Source of the DNA: the human T2T-CHM13v2.0 reference genome, Homo sapiens
Reading direction: 5' to 3' (one strand)
Length of the DNA: 64,000 bases
Assembly: GCF_009914755.1 (NCBI RefSeq)
Contig: NC_060929.1
Of this stretch, positions 48,071-64,000 are shown piece after piece; the first letter of the stretch is position 1; each line of letters opens with the position of its first letter. A model generated the notes under the pieces. That model searched no databases and was not told the DNA's origin. It was given only the letters and a program-made list of their open reading frames with translations. Both the position numbers and the translations under genes were made by a program.

Positions 48071-51000
48071 TGGAGTGCTGCAGTCACAGTTAGATTTGAG
48101 AATGATCGCAATAGGGACAGATAGAGAGTGGAGAGAACAGAGCAGCAGGCTGAGAAACAGCCCCGGGAAACACACACTAGGGTACAGCATCTACCTTCCA
48201 CCCCTAAACAGAGGCCGTGGAGGAGAATAAAGTTTAGAGAAGAGAAACTAATTAGAGAGATAATGATTACAGAATGAAGAGCACTCAAGTTCTTGAGGGG
48301 CCTTAGACATCATCTAACCTGTTCTCCCCTTTGCATAGATGAGGAAATAGAAGTAAAGTTCCCTGGCTTAGCTAATTGGTGTCCACGTTGGGGTGGCCAT
48401 ACTAAAAATGTTAGAATTGTTCTGTTTGCATTGATACCTGAGAGGGAATAGGATCAAAGTCTTTAAATTTGTGGCCAGGATAAAACTGTGGTCCTACTGC
48501 CAGATTTAAGGGGTGCCTTGTGAAGGTCTCATAATGGACTTAAATGAACCAATGTCTCCTAAGATCTCAACTCCAGGACATTTTCTCCTGCAGGGATTAA
48601 AGAGAAGGGGGACTGTTTGAAAACATGAGGAAGGGACATCTAGGTCATTATTTGGTTGTGTTTGCTCTCCTTCAAGTGAAACACTTATCTGAATGCAATA
48701 AAGAGGCTTCTTCAGACAGATGAAGAGCAGGCCCTGTGGGCCATGGAGAGAGTCAGTTTCCTCCCCAGTGGGACTCGTCTGCTTTCCTGGAGAGTGTTTT
48801 CACTTCCATGTTGAAGCTGGAACTCCAGCCTCCCGACAGACAATTCTCCCTAACGCACTCCCCTCTGCACTAGGGACGGCCGCCTCTTGTATTAATACAA
48901 TTAAATTAGCCCGTCAGTTCCCTGGTATCCTTTGAACACTTGAGAGAAAGTCGGCAGCTTACTGGGGCTTTTCCAAGAGAAATATGTGCTACTAAAAAGT
49001 GATTTCTACACACATCCCTCCCTCCCTTGATCACGAGGTAATTACTGGGCTATGAAGGCCGCTGAAGCTGGGTCCTGGCAAAGCTAAGTGTGTGCTGCTT
49101 TCCGACTGCCAAAGGGAGCAGACAGAGCCCTGGCCTTGGTCCACTGGGGCCTGCACCACTCTTGCAAGCTTCCATGAGTGAGGTCAGTGGCATCCAAGTT
49201 CCCACAGAAACAGTGCTGGTCTCCTCGGCTGGAGGGCTTGATCAGCCATCTGCTTCCCTGCTCAGGCTGCTTTCCTAGTCGATCCAGCCCAGAGCCCTTG
49301 CAGAGCTACAAATGATGCAAGTGCTATGAAGACCAGAGGTCTTCCCCCATGGGATATAGTAATGTATTCGTTTCTTCAACAAATATTTACTGAGCATCTA
49401 CCCTGCACCTGTGCTGGGCTAGGAACTGGTTTTATCCCATTTGATGGTTATTTATTGAACACCTACTTTGTACTAGACGTTGTACTCCAGTGCTATTCCC
49501 TGCAGGCAAGGAGCTGGAGGTCTGGTCAAGGGCCTATTTGTTGTTTCAGTGCCCTTATTCTCCCACCCGAGGGCACCTGGCAGAGCCAGACAGGGCCCCT
49601 GGCAGTCCTGCTGAGTGAAAGGTATAAGCAGGCACCCAAATGGCTCTAACAGTCTTCAGCCATTAACGTTCTTTCATTTCAAGGAGCTCACATAAGACAC
49701 AGGCACAGTGAGACTCTTGCAAAATGAAACAAATGCCAGGGAAGAGAAGTCTCTCAGGATTTGCAACTGCTCACTGCAGATGTAACCAAAATGTGGAATG
49801 AAAAAAAAAAAAAGATCCCTTCAGACTCAGTTTTTGTGGAAAAAAAAAAGTGTTTCACTTCAGCTCAGCATGATTTTTAAAAAATCAAAACTGATTCAAT
49901 TCCCTTTTCCTTTCCTTGCCACCCCATCCGAACCACCCTATCACTGAGGTTAGAGGACTTACTTGGTCAATGTCATCACATAAGCCTCTCTTAAGGAAAA
50001 AAAGTAGAGAGTAAGTTAGAGAGGATGGGAAGGTTGAGAACTGCCTACTGTTTATATGACAGAAGAAATGGAAACCACTGTACAATTCTAACTTATCAAG
50101 CAGGGTGAAAACACCACTAGGAGCAAAAGGGAGAGAGCTCAGAGGGATCAGGAGAAATCTTTTGACATGGCAGATAATTAAGACACTAAAACTAACAACC
50201 AAAGGCAGAAAGGCAAGCTGTAATTACCCAAATGCTTTCAAAGCCTGGAGAGGAGACAAAAATGGGTGGTTCCTATTTTAACCAATGTGGATAGCCTGGT
50301 AGGGACTGGCCTTTCTGTCCCCAGTATGGTTGGCTGCAGTCATTGGCCTCTGACCTCCCAGCTCCCGGACAGTGGCCATTATACCTGTGCACGCTGAGGG
50401 AATGGGCAAATGCTGCCCCGTGCTCCATGCATCTTCCAGGTCCATGGCAAGTCTCCTGTAAAATCAAGGCCACTTGAGGGCAGGGACTACCCATTCAAGC
50501 TCCTTTCATATTACACATAGCACTTTGCTCAGAAAGAGTCACATGTATATTTGCCAACCAGAGACCATTAGCAGGGACACAGCATCCGGCCTCCAGGGTT
50601 TAGTGATAGCAACACGCAAGATACTGTTTCTTACAAGTGGGAAGTTCCTCACAGACTTACTCAAATGAGTGCACACTGGAGAGTGAAACAGAGACCCCGA
50701 CCAACCAACGTTGTCATGTCATAAATCACATTTCCCAGGGGCTGCTGAAAACACCCAGCCTTTTCCTAATAATTGCTGAGTCGCATAACAAGCAAAAGGC
50801 TTAATCCTACAGTCCCATCAAGTTTACCTGTAGGAGGAGTTACTTTCCACTTATCTGTATGGAGAATCTGCCATATTAGGGACATATCAGAGCATAAGTC
50901 AGCCAACGAGGCACACAGGCAGCTATAAGACATTATCAGAACCTAAACTGTTGTGATTTTATACCAAGTATGTGAAAATTTAATAAGATTAGAAGGAAAA

Positions 51001-51499
51001 CAAAATGAGGTTGTTAGGAAGAAAGACGTCTTTCTGTTTCTATTCGTTATTGTTACTTCTAATTGTTTTTCCTTCTATCCACCCTCCACCACTCCAGGAA
51101 GAGGCTACTGGAGGCTCTTTCACTGCTTTCCACAGAGGTAGGAACCATTTCTGAGAAAGCAAGGCTCACTCTTCTCAGCACTGGGTGTTTCTGGTCCTCT
51201 CTGACCTTGACTAGAAAAACAAGCAGGAAAGAGGAGGAATGATAATAAACATATGGTCAGCATGCCTTTGTCTTCTGATAAGAAAAGTGGCTGGATGAGC
51301 AGGAATGTCCAATGGAAGCAAATTTAAAATTTTTGATTATCATCGACTGAGCAGCCGGGTGGCTCTGTGGGTTCCGGGGCACAGTCACACTTAGACACGA
51401 TGCCTGTGGAACTGGTCGCGGTGCCGAACCCCAGGCAAGGAGCACTTCAGGGGAGCAGTTATTCACTGCTGTGGAAAAAGCAACACCAGGGAGAGGCAC

Positions 51500-51680
51500 T
51501 GTGAGCTTGGGCTCCCAGAGTCCCTGCCTTGTTGCTTTCTAGCTGTGCGGCCTTGGGGGCAAATTGCTTAACTTTCTAATATTTTACTTTTCTGTAAAAT
51601 GAGACTAATACTACCACCTACCTTCATTGGGTTTCTGTGAGCGTTAAATGCACTAATGCGCTATGAGTACTGAGCAATAC
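51500..51680 (+). mobile_element. MIR
   Basis: ctagctgtgcggccttggg..caaattgcttaac...ctgtaaaatgagactaata. Confidence 0.65.
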
Positions 51681-53398
51681 AATAGAGAGAAAATAGGGTG
51701 GCCTTTATTGTTATTATTATAAAATCTGTTCTGGATTACCTTCCTCTCTAACACCCTAGTGTGTAAGTTAGGAACTAAAGGGATGACAATAATCAAACAA
51801 AATTAACCCAAATGCAGAGAAAATACAAAACAATAACAAAGTCACAGTGTCCCCTGGCATGTGTAACAACTGTATACCTGAAGGATGTCATAGGCTGTTA
51901 ATATGTAAAGATCTTTAGAGATCTTCTTCTGCATGCAACATGCAGTATCAGATACCATCAGAGAAATAATAATATCTTTCATATGAACAACCATCATTTA
52001 CTGAGATGGCCCCCTTCAGAAACTTACAGGGAACAAAATGTGATTCCTGGACTGGCACTTCTCATCTGGATATATTACAGGATTGATGCTTTCAGCCTCC
52101 TGTATCCATGCAACTGGATTTTAAAGCATTTGTAGGTCTGTGCAGCCACATCACACTGTTGCCTCCTATTAAGTTCCTTGTCAGTCACTCCTCCTCACCC
52201 TGCGCTTTGCAGGTGGCCCACGCACAGCACTCTACATTGACCTGATGACATTCTGGCCTATTAGATTTGCCTCATTATGCTCCACCATCAGCTTCTCCTG
52301 GATTCCAACTTCATCGTCTCCATACTCACGATTACTCATAGGCCCTCTGGCCTCTGGAATGTGATAAATATGGTTTTGGTAGCTTCCTTCAAGTCACACC
52401 ACCGGAATGTGCCATGTGGACAGGAAGCTAGACAAGACGGTTACCTCAAATGGGCAGACATCCCCAAGAACTCTACAGTTCCATTTAAGACTCCACCAGC
52501 TGGCATGCTCTCGCCATGCTTACTCTTCCGCTCCCTGTCACCTCCGATTAGCTACTCTTTCTCCACTTTCCTGCAACCATATCTGTGGTCTGCACTGGCA
52601 GAAAGCTGGGCCATGAAGGTGGGAAATGGCTGAGGACAATACAGTGAGTGCAGAGCATTCCGTGTTGGGGTGTGGTGATGGAAGGGGTGTTTTGGGAACA
52701 CGAGGGTGGTAGAAATAAGGCCAAGAAAAAAATCCACTCTGAAAAATGTTAAGCTACTGGACTTAAGAGCTTCTAGTCTCCCTCCTTAAGAGTGAGACAT
52801 AATAGAAACATTTGAGAGAGTCAATAATCCAGGGCCAAGCCTGCCCTCCACATTTTATGTTCCCAGTTGGTTGGTGGTCCCCAAGCTCTATCAGATAGCA
52901 CATCTTCATCAGTTGGCTTCCAGGTTGATTTAGTCATATGAAAGTGTCTTTCTTTTAAAATGCTCCCATTCTGGCTCCCTTGGGTACAGGCACAGTGAAA
53001 ATGGCACATTTCTCTTCTACAACCTCAGGAAAGCATACTCCTCATTGGAGGGAGGCAAGTGATTCACCTCAACAGAGCCTAAGCCCGGGCAAGGAGCACT
53101 TCAAGGGAGCCTGGTTTCCAGTACCATATGCTGCTCCCCACCCCTTCCTGAGCCAATGGGAGGAAATGCACCTAATTTCCAAAGACTTTTAAACATATTT
53201 GGGGAACCTTAAGGGAAGGCCTTTTAAGAAGGTACCAAAAGGGTAGATAGAACAACAATTTGGACCCTCTTCTCTAACTAGGAGATCCTCAGAGGTAACC
53301 AGGGGTGAGGAAAAGGGACAATAAAGCAAATCCAAGAAACGAGGGGATGAGAACAAAATACTGTTTCCCCTTAATCTCTCAAATACTTAAAAAACATA

Positions 53399-53751
<353 letters not shown>

Positions 53752-56700
53752 TCATAATAAACACCATGTACCCAACAATCATCAACTTGTGGCCAATTTT
53801 CTTTATCTTTACCTCCCACCCCCTCCTCCCCATATTATTTCCAAGCAAATTCCAACCATCATATTTCATCGGTAAATATTTTGGCATATATCCCTAAAAG
53901 ACAAGGATCCTTAAAAAAATAAACCCCTCATAATCATGATACTATTATATTAGTAGGAATTTAATGTGCAAAGATGAGCAATGTTTCCTAGAACATTCAC
54001 AATAATTCCCTAATAGCCTCCCATTTCTAGTTAGTGTTCAAATGGTCTGACTCCACATGGTTTTTAAGCCACTTTTCTGATGACGAGGCCTGCATGACCT
54101 CCTGGGTGGCTGGGAGGATGCTGTTCTAGAGCACGTAGCTGGCACAGGGTAGCTCAGCATGCTCTCCGGGCACATCCTGTACTGGGTGGAGTGAGATTCA
54201 GTTCATGTTGCACTTACACCTCCCCGCACACAGAAGCACTCCCACTAAAGCATTTCCCTAATTTCCGGAGCCACAGGCAGCTTCAGAAGTCCAAATACTT
54301 TTGAAGGCCACAAGGGACCCATCTTACTCTCAGCCTTCAAGACAGGTCAGCGCTCCTGCCTCCACTGGTGCCCCCACCCTGTTTGCAGTGATGCTGGAGG
54401 GACACAGGATGGCCCCCTGGGCTCCCTCTGCTCGGGTCAACGATGTGTGACTTTTTGCTGGACACGGGGTGTCTAGGGCAGCACACAGCAAGACGCCAAT
54501 ATGTGTTAGCTGTGCCATGTGCCCTACTTTTGATTTCTCAACTAGTCAGAGCTAAGATGTTAATGAAATCTACAGGCTTTCATCTCAGATAACGGATTTG
54601 CAAAACAGACATGTATAAATGACAAACTGTGTTTCAGCCACTGTGCTGGGAGGGATACAGAGATGAATGGACAGATGTCCAGGTCCCTGTCTTGGACAGA
54701 TTCAGCATCTAACAAAGAATGTGAATAAATAACTCTATCATAATGGGCTAGAGCTACAGGTGCATAGAACACGCTGAGCGGGCACCGAGGGGGTTGCAAT
54801 CAGTATGCAATCCTGCCAGGAAAGGTGGTGGTCAGAGCGGCTGGGAAGGACTTGCCAAGGAAGCTTACATTTGAACTGGATCTCAAAGAACAAGCCAGAT
54901 TTTACCAGGCACAGAAAGGCAGGAAAGGTCACTTGGGCAACGGGAACAGCATGAGGAAAAGCACGGCAGCACATTGGTGGTGTAGGTGTCTTGTGACAGA
55001 GCTTTCGGCACATAACACAGTGCCTCTCTTCTCTGTCTACAACAAAGGCCAGCCCCGTGGAGAGCTAAAAAGAGTGAGGAACAACAGGCAGACAGATGAT
55101 CCTGGAGCACGTTCAGGGAGGAGGGCAGGAGCCAGGTCTGGCTCAGCTCCCCAAGTCAGCGGCACTTCTTGCCTTCAGCTGAAGCTGGGAGACCCATCCT
55201 ACGGTCAGGCTGAGGGCCGCCAGAGCCTGCGGCCAGGCCTAACACTAGGCAGAGACGACTCTGCAGCTGTCTGCTCACACTCACTGCCAGTCACGCTTCA
55301 CTCCACTTTCCTGCTCTGAAAATCACGTCCTGGCAACCTGCCCATCGGACCTGGAGCCAGCCTTGCCCTCTCCACTGCGGGCCTGTAGGCCTGGCCTTGA
55401 ACCCCAGCCTGCTGACATGCTTCTCAAGCTACAGGCCCATTGCTTTGGCCCTCTGATTCTGGCTGACCATGGGCCACAGAGAGGAATAGGGGGCAGCTGA
55501 TGCTGGCAGTTGTAGACTGCACAAGCAGGACCCATCTCTGGGCCCTTTCCATCAAGCCTGGTCTGGTGGCCAGTGTGGTGGGCACCCCACTAGACCCCTT
55601 GATCCGGTAGTGAGTTCCAGAAGAAAAGGCACAGCTCCAAAGCTCATCTGGAGCAAACTCTGTTCTCCTAATCTCCATTCACTTCTCAAATTTCCCGACC
55701 CCCGCAAGCTTCACTGGCCTCCTAGAACCTCCCTACCAAAGGAAAAGGTTAAGTGGTCATTTCTTTAACTCTCATTTCTCTTTCGGGGACAGAGCCTGCT
55801 ATTCAGGGGCATCAGGGAAGCAGGGGAAATAAGGATGGGAGTGATTAAGTGCATGTCCAAAACCAGCTCTCTGATCTCATGACTTTCTTGTACCCTTGGT
55901 ACAAGTGCTCCAGAGAGAACTGAGTTGTGAAATGACAGGTAAAAACAGCACAGTGAAAACCCTTCTTGCTTTGAACAGAAAATGCAGTTGGTGCCTGTGA
56001 GTTATTTGTTTCTCCTTTGCTTTGGAAAGAGATTGTCTAGAGAATTTGGAAACCTACATCCCATTTCAGAAAGCAGACCAGATTTCTGCTGACAGTTAGT
56101 TTGGCAGGGGGTAGAGTTTGTCTGTTTTTGCCATGAGAGCTCGTTTTCTGGGGGACACACCACACGGTTCTAATTCTAGATGCCAGCAAAGCTGCGCCTT
56201 TAACCATGAAACTTGAATTAGCATTGAATGGCTTTTGAGTTTTTATTTAGGATGCATTTTAAGAAAATACAAGGCCCTCCAGCTGCAAACAGTAAGTGCC
56301 ACCAAGGACTATGTGAGTTAAACATCTTTAGGATCTGTAGTCAGCCTTCCTGTGCTTTGGGAGTTTCAGGAACTTTCAACCACAGAGTACTGTGTTCAGT
56401 TGTGTCAGAAAATGACTGGGGTTGGATTTCTCCTAAGCTCTCAAAGGCTTTGAATCTTTGACATAGTGTTGTTAACATAGTTAAACTGTTTTCTACACAG
56501 AAGGCTTACTCAATACAACAAATTAGCAATACAAGAAAAGTTAGGTAAAGTTTCTATAGAAAATTCAGATCCTACAATGTTAGATTAATTTAACAACATG
56601 AAAAAATGTCCAGAGCTGTAGGTGTGATGAACTGAAGGCTCCCCCTGCTTTTGGAGGCAGCAGGAGCGCAGTACAGAAGCATGCGTTTGACACTCACAAC

Positions 56701-58175
56701 CCGCTGCCATCCTATCATCATGTTAGGTTTCATCTTTCCAACTGGACTGCAGTTGCTGAGGTTAGCCTCCGTATACTATCCTGGTCTTGCCCCCATTTCC
56801 TAGTACAGTGAAACAATGGATGCTCTGGAATGTTTGTTGATTAAATAATTGAGATCACACATGGATACACTAGAAACTTTTTTGCAGGGCAGCATTCTTT
56901 CGGTTAGTGGGATTCTGTTCTGGGTAGAGAAGCTGCTTCCCTCATTCTCTCCCTAAGAACCTAAATTCCATCAAGAGGACACAATCACACCAGCAAGAGA
57001 AACTAGTAGGACAACTGAAATTCATCACAGGAGGCCACAAAAGAGTTAATTCAGCTCTGATATGAGGATTATGAGACAAGGGTATAAGGATTACACACAA
57101 TGGATTTATAAAAGAATACAATTTTTTTTAAAGGACAAAAGTAGTGACTAGGGACGTTTGTTTCAGATGAAGAAATAACCATGTTAACCTTTTAAACATT
57201 TGCATCTGTGAATTGTAGCGGCTCAACATAAAGCAGATTGCCTACATCCACTGCAGCCATTCTGGCATGAGAAAGTTCTCTTGCCTAAAGCAAAACAGAT
57301 GTGTGAGAGGAAAAAGCAAAGTCTCTTATGGGTGTATCAACATTCATAATTATATAGTTATCTCAGGAACTATAGATCGTGTGAAGCAATGAATATGGAA
57401 TCCTTCCCATATTTTTTCCCTAAAAACTCAGTATAAAAAGCAGAAACTTAATATTGAAAAAACACTAATTATAAAGGCAGATGAAAAAGTTAACAGTGTA
57501 TTCACATTTCATCCATACATTTTTTTTTTCTTTTTGGCCAACTGAACTAATCCTGTACCAGTGATTAAATATTCAGAATTTTTGGCCAAGTGCTGCCTAA
57601 GAGAGATCCACTTGACTGTTCAAGCAATTAGAAAAAGTGCCACATCCTTGCATGTGCCTCCAAGCAGGAAAGAGCACATCAGGGACATCTGCATATGTGT
57701 TCACATATGGGATTCACAGGCAAATCAACTTGGAAATGGGAAAGTACACAAAGGCTACCCCACTTGAGATGCAGGTCAGTATTTACAGAGCAGTGGGCAG
57801 GTGCTCGGCTGTCTGCTAGGTCCTGGGAAAGGTACAGGAGAAACACAGGCAAGAGCATGGGCACTGAACAGGAAGGAAAACAATACCCTGGAGGGCACAG
57901 CCCCCTAGCCCAAAAGAAGAGTATTTACAGTGGGGAGGGGAGGACAGAGCATGGACAAAGTCTCAACAAGCAATCATCCGAAACCAGGCTGGGAAAGTTG
58001 TTTAAGGAAATTTCAAGTTTGAATGATATGTAAAACGTGTATATGTAACAGATGAGAAGTGGCTACACAACAATCAAATCAATTTGGTAAAGATAAATGC
58101 TAATACGATTAAAATGACCCCAAATATTTGTATTATCACATTATTATAGAAATGAAGTCATATGAACATTCTGTT

Positions 58176-58178
<3 letters not shown>

Positions 58179-58226
<48 letters not shown>
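58179..58226 (+). repeat. (AC)24 microsatellite
   Basis: Perfect dinucleotide run. Confidence 0.97.
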
Positions 58227-58229
<3 letters not shown>

Positions 58230-58248
58230 ATATCACAATTTAGCATTA

Positions 58249-58596
<348 letters not shown>

Positions 58597-58655
58597 TAAT
58601 AATAATTGATGATAAAAAAGTTTACAAATTATGTGTACAGAGATGGAATAAGTAA

Positions 58656-58959
<304 letters not shown>

Positions 58960-59071
58960 AATATATTTTCATGAACAGTTTTTCTACTTATGCAGTTATA
59001 CAAATTAAACATGAGATATAATCTCTACCTGAAGTCATATAGCATTTACTTATCACTTTTAAAAAATGCAA

Positions 59072-59368
59072 GGCCAGGCACAGTGACTCACACCTGTAAT
59101 CCCAACACTTTGTGAGGCTGAGGTAGGAGGATTACTTGAGTCCAGGAATTCAAGACCAGCCTGGGCAGCAAAGTGAGTCCCCATCTCTACAAAAAATAAA
59201 AAATTAGTTGGGCATGGTAGCACATGCCTGTGGTCCCAGCTATTCAGGAGGCTGAGGTGGGAGGATCACTTGAGCCAGGGAGCTCAAGGCTGCAGTGAGC
59301 CGAGAGGATGCCTTTGTGCTCATCCTGGAGGACAGAGGGAGACCCTGTCTCACAAAACAAAAAAAAAA
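59072..59368 (+). mobile_element. AluJ
   Basis: Diverged dimer. Confidence 0.9.
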
Positions 59369-60350
59369 GCAGTGATTTGTACTCCAGATAATAGAGTCAT
59401 GCAGTACTATAAAAATCTCTTCTCATTTTGTATTTATTATGAGTACTGGCAAAAGAGAGGGTCATCTTCATTTTCTTCTGATTTTTTAAATATAAAATAT
59501 TTGCTGAAATTGTTTTCTAATATACAAAATTGTTTGAGTGAAAGAAAAAGAACTATAAAACACAAGTACCAAACAGTCTCCAATAAAAACACTTAGATAA
59601 TAATCCATTTGGAAAGAATGAGCTCCAAATATGGATTTTATGAGTAAACAAAGGTTCTGTATTGCAAAAGTTAATAGACTGTCTTCACATTTAATTTCAT
59701 GACCACTTCCTCTGTTTGACTCTTCTGTGGCATAGCTTGAGATGTCTGCAAGCCCTGCTACTTCTGAAGGAAAATATACAGAGCAAAAAGACATGCTGTT
59801 AATCAAAGACTCTGGCATCTGAATTTAATAATCAGATGCCATTTGGAGTCTATACAGTTTTTCAATAGTGTAACACACAAATCAGTCAGCACATACATTT
59901 CAATAGTGATTAATCTCTTTTTACATGCACATCTGCGATCCCTTATGAAATAGTCTTAAAAGCAACCTAATAAGAAAGGAGAAAGAACCTGTGGGTCAAA
60001 AAGGATCATCATGAAGCCAAGAGATGTTGAGTCAGTCTTTCCCTAAGTCTCTCACCACATAAAGCTACTGCGCCTTTATTTACATATTTTTCCCAACTGA
60101 AATGGTCTCTCCTCTCTTTTAAAGGCCCACTCTTTTTTTTGAAGTCTTCAGGGAATTCCATGTAGGAACATTCTTCCTCTTCCCACCTAATATGTCACTG
60201 GTTCATCATTTTCTCTGTTACTCACTTGCTTCTGTAGCACCCACTGTTGGGTGTTGTTCGTTATCTTTATGTATGTCTACCTCCTGTTCCCTAACTCAGT
60301 TATATGGTCTTACAGGACAAAGAACTATGGATTATATGCTTTCCATGTCT

Positions 60351-60520
60351 ACAGCAACCTTCCTCAAAGTGTGGTCCTTGAATCACCAGAAATTCCTTGG
60401 ATGTTTGATCAAAATATAGCTGAGAGATCCTGAAGCTGCATGAAGGGAGGGCCTAGGAAGCTGCATTTTCAGCATGCTGCCCAGGTGACTTTAATTCACA
60501 TCAAGGATTGAGGACCCCTG
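60351..60520. mobile_element. MER5A-like hAT fragment
   Basis: ctcaaagtgtggtcc...ggcctagga..ctgcatttt...cccaggtga...ttgaggacccctg. Confidence 0.6.
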
Positions 60521-61326
60521 TATACAAGGACTAAGAGAGTGCTATGAATAGAATGGGTACCAAGAAGTATTTGTTGAATATATAAGGGCACACAAAGTAA
60601 AAAAAACCCCAAACTAAAACAACAAAACCAACCAAACAAACAAAAAACAATGTGCAAAGTTAAAGGCGTTGGGATTATTTAGTCTTGTGCCTGTAAGTTT
60701 AATCACAACCCAATTATCGAAAAGATTATTGAAGTTGACTGTAGTAAAGCATTATTTTAAAGAGATTGCTTATTTTCTAGTCGCATGGTTGCTGAATAAG
60801 GCAAACGATCTCCCCTAAACTCCTAATTAGAAGATCATAATGGTCATCTCCTTTCCCCTTCTCCACCCTTCCCTGTTGACCTTCCCCAAGAATCCTTTCC
60901 TTGGCTTTCCTTCTTGTCTCTATTGCTTTTTCCCTGCTTTTTTCTATGAGACTGACTGCTTTTCACTCATCTCACTGTGGCTTGCAGCTTCAAGAACAGA
61001 AGAGAGCAGGCCACAAAGACAAATTAGAACAAGACACCCCTCTCTGTGCCAGAAAGTGTGACTTGGCAAATGGAGGACAGGCTGTGCCCCTGTGCAGTTA
61101 GCAACCTGTGAAACTGTATGTGGCAGCCTGTCAAAAAAGGTGGAGGAAAGCATCTGGGCCTACATTTTCCTGAAGATGGCTTTTCAAAATTTCTGTTTTT
61201 AGCTGACTTCACTCTTCTCTATATGCTATTAGGTAATAAGAAAAGTTCCAAACATTATTCACTGGGATGCTCAAAAGTAAGCTACATGTGCCATATTACT
61301 GTAAGACAAGTATAAAGGGCTTGCAT

Positions 61327-61332
61327 TTTATT
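61327..61332 (-). terminator. Poly(A) signal candidate for the alternative terminal exon
   Basis: AATAAA on the minus strand about 350 nt after the isoform-2 stop. Confidence 0.45.
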
Positions 61333-61681
61333 TCCACAAGGAATGAATAAAGGGAAAGGAATTTACTTTTGGGAAAAGGTAACACAAAGAACTTTGGTCT
61401 ATGAAGGACACAAATGAATTCTCATCTTCAAAGATATTTTGAAATAATATAAGAAATGACCCATCTGTGGTAGTTTATGGTTGATCTAAGTAAGACAGCC
61501 TCCTGGGGCCCCTTCTTTCTTGGAGAAGGCACTTTTCCTATGATGCCAGGTTCCTAGTTCCCGCCTCTTCTGCCACTTCTGCAGGAGCCACCCGAGGCCT
61601 TGAGGGGCCCTTTCAGAACCTTGGGTCTGAAGTCATTTCTTATGCCCTGGGTTATCATCTTCAGTAGAAAGTTGGTGGTAG

Positions 61682-61710
61682 CTACAACAGCAGCGAGCAC
61701 TCAGGCCAGT
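61682..61710 (-). CDS. ARSB: ARSB alternative terminal exon (short isoform), coding part
   Basis: Minus strand tgttttacag|ACTGGCCTGAGTGCTCGCTGCTGTTGTAG. In the same phase as exon 7 it reads (Y)WPECSLLL*, the C-terminus I recall for ARSB isoform 2 (413 aa). Confidence 0.9.
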
Positions 61711-62049
61711 CTGTAAAACACACAAAATGACTTTCCTGAAGATATACAGATTTCTCAGGGTACGGTTGTATCAGGACTGCATTTCTAGTCCAGGAGATTT
61801 CTTACAATCTCACTAGACTGTGAATTCCTAAAGGGCAAGGACTGTCTCCTTCATTATTCTAGTGCCTAACAGGGCCTAGAAAAGAAGGTGCTCAACAAAG
61901 ACTCTTACTGATTAAGGGGGCTTGATTAGCTCTGTCAGCAAATTCTGCCTCCAAAAGTCCTTCTCTGTTTGGCTCCCGGAGAATATTTCCCTTCTGTGTG
62001 TCACTCCCCAGCCCCACCCTCAGTCACAGATTTCTGGTCCCTGAACCCT

Positions 62050-62660
62050 GGATTTCCAGGTGTCATTCCAAGGTCAGGTGGAACCAAGGGCTCCATGGTC
62101 TTCACCCCCTGGTGTTACTCCTGAGATTATGTTATGTTTGGTGGGAAAAGGAATTCTGCAGATGCCATTAAGGTTACTAATCAGAGAGCATCTGCATGGG
62201 CCTAACCTAATCACATGAGCCTTTTAAAAGTAGGGAATTTTCTCCAGCTTGTTACAGAAGCGAGATTCTTGTTACAGTTGAGAGATTCTAATTGTGAGAG
62301 GGATTCAACAAGAGGAAGCTTCTCCATTGCTGACTTTACCATGAAAGGGTCAATGGGACAAGAACTTGAGAAGCTGAGGGTAGTCCTTGCGGAGACAACA
62401 GGGACTTCAGTCCTACAACCACAGCAACTGAATTCTGCCAACAACCTGAGCAAGCTTGGAAGAAGGTTCTTCTGCAAAGCCTCCAGGTAAGAGCCCAACC
62501 TGACTGACACCTTGAATTCAGCCCTCTGAGACCCTAAGCAGAGAACCCAGTTGAGCCTGCCCAGCCTTCAGACCTACAGAACTGTGAGGTAGTAAACAGG
62601 TGTTATTTTAAGCTGCTAAATTTGTGGTAATTTGCTATACAGCGATAGGAAATAAATGCA
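62050..62660 (+). mobile_element. MLT1E-like MaLR LTR
   Basis: gggcctaacctaatcacatgagcc...gaattctgccaacaacctga...tttaagctgctaaatttgtggtaatttg. Confidence 0.85.
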
Positions 62661-63122
62661 GCAGCCCTCTGGGCCCTTCTGTAGCAGTACCCTCCTTGTC
62701 TTCCGGACTTCAGTTCAATCAGTTCTCTACTGGGAGAGATAAAGAATGATCATTAGTAGGCACAAAATAACAACAGCTATGGTGACCACTGTTGTCCTTG
62801 TTCACTGACCAATAATCCAACTGCTTCACTCTCTCTGGTTTATGCTTCCCTCCCCAAACCCACACATCCTTCACAGCTTCCTCTCTGTTCTTTCTCTAGG
62901 TGAGCTTTGGCAATTTATGGTAAAAGCCTCTATCCTTGAGCTATATCCTTTATGTTCCCAGGACCCACTCGGCTTCAACATAAGCAAATAGAAATATAAA
63001 TAAAGATAAAAGTATGTGTAGATCCTGCAGAATATCTACAGTCAGGTCTGGGGCAATAAATGGGTGCCTTTAAGAGTCAGATCTGATTTGAACAGAAATA
63101 AATCAAATTAAGATCTCTGATA

Positions 63123-64000
<878 letters not shown>

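Noticed and set aside
48887-48900. 14-bp palindrome TTGTATTAATACAA
   Set aside because: AT-rich and of a length expected by chance; no other support.
54825-55319. 164-aa ORF on the + strand
   Set aside because: GTG start, 5' part resembles an L2 remnant, and no recognisable domain.
61682-61699. CaaX prenylation signal in the isoform-2 tail (CSLLL)
   Set aside because: Cys is fifth from the end, and the protein is luminal.
62211-62510. Opposing 91-99 aa ORFs
   Set aside because: Inside an MLT1 LTR; chance frames.

Overview
Human-like (primate) genomic DNA, rich in Alu, L1, L2, MIR, LTR and DNA-transposon remnants. It contains the 3' end of ARSB (arylsulfatase B, the MPS VI gene) on the minus strand. 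The ARSB parts are coding exon 7 (27435-27557), terminal exon 8 (CDS 25980-26245) with a 3' UTR of up to about 3.2 kb and several candidate poly(A) signals, and more than 36 kb of intron 6. Intron 6 holds an alternative terminal exon (CDS 61682-61710, encoding ...YWPECSLLL*) that the ORF track misses. Positions 1-22.7 kb lie downstream of ARSB. Nearly all listed ORFs are Alu/LTR/L1-derived or chance frames. I see no prokaryotic-type system (CRISPR, operon) and no convincing novel protein gene. The most unusual signals are a triple inverted-repeat cluster at 38.5 kb, an AluYa5 nested in the B-box region of an AluSc, a second consensus-like AluYa5, a 30-bp minisatellite built from an Alu target-site sequence, close inverted Alu pairs carrying deletions, and a hydrophobic read-through tail after the ARSB stop. 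Repeat subfamily names come from recalled consensus sequences and should be confirmed with RepeatMasker/Dfam.
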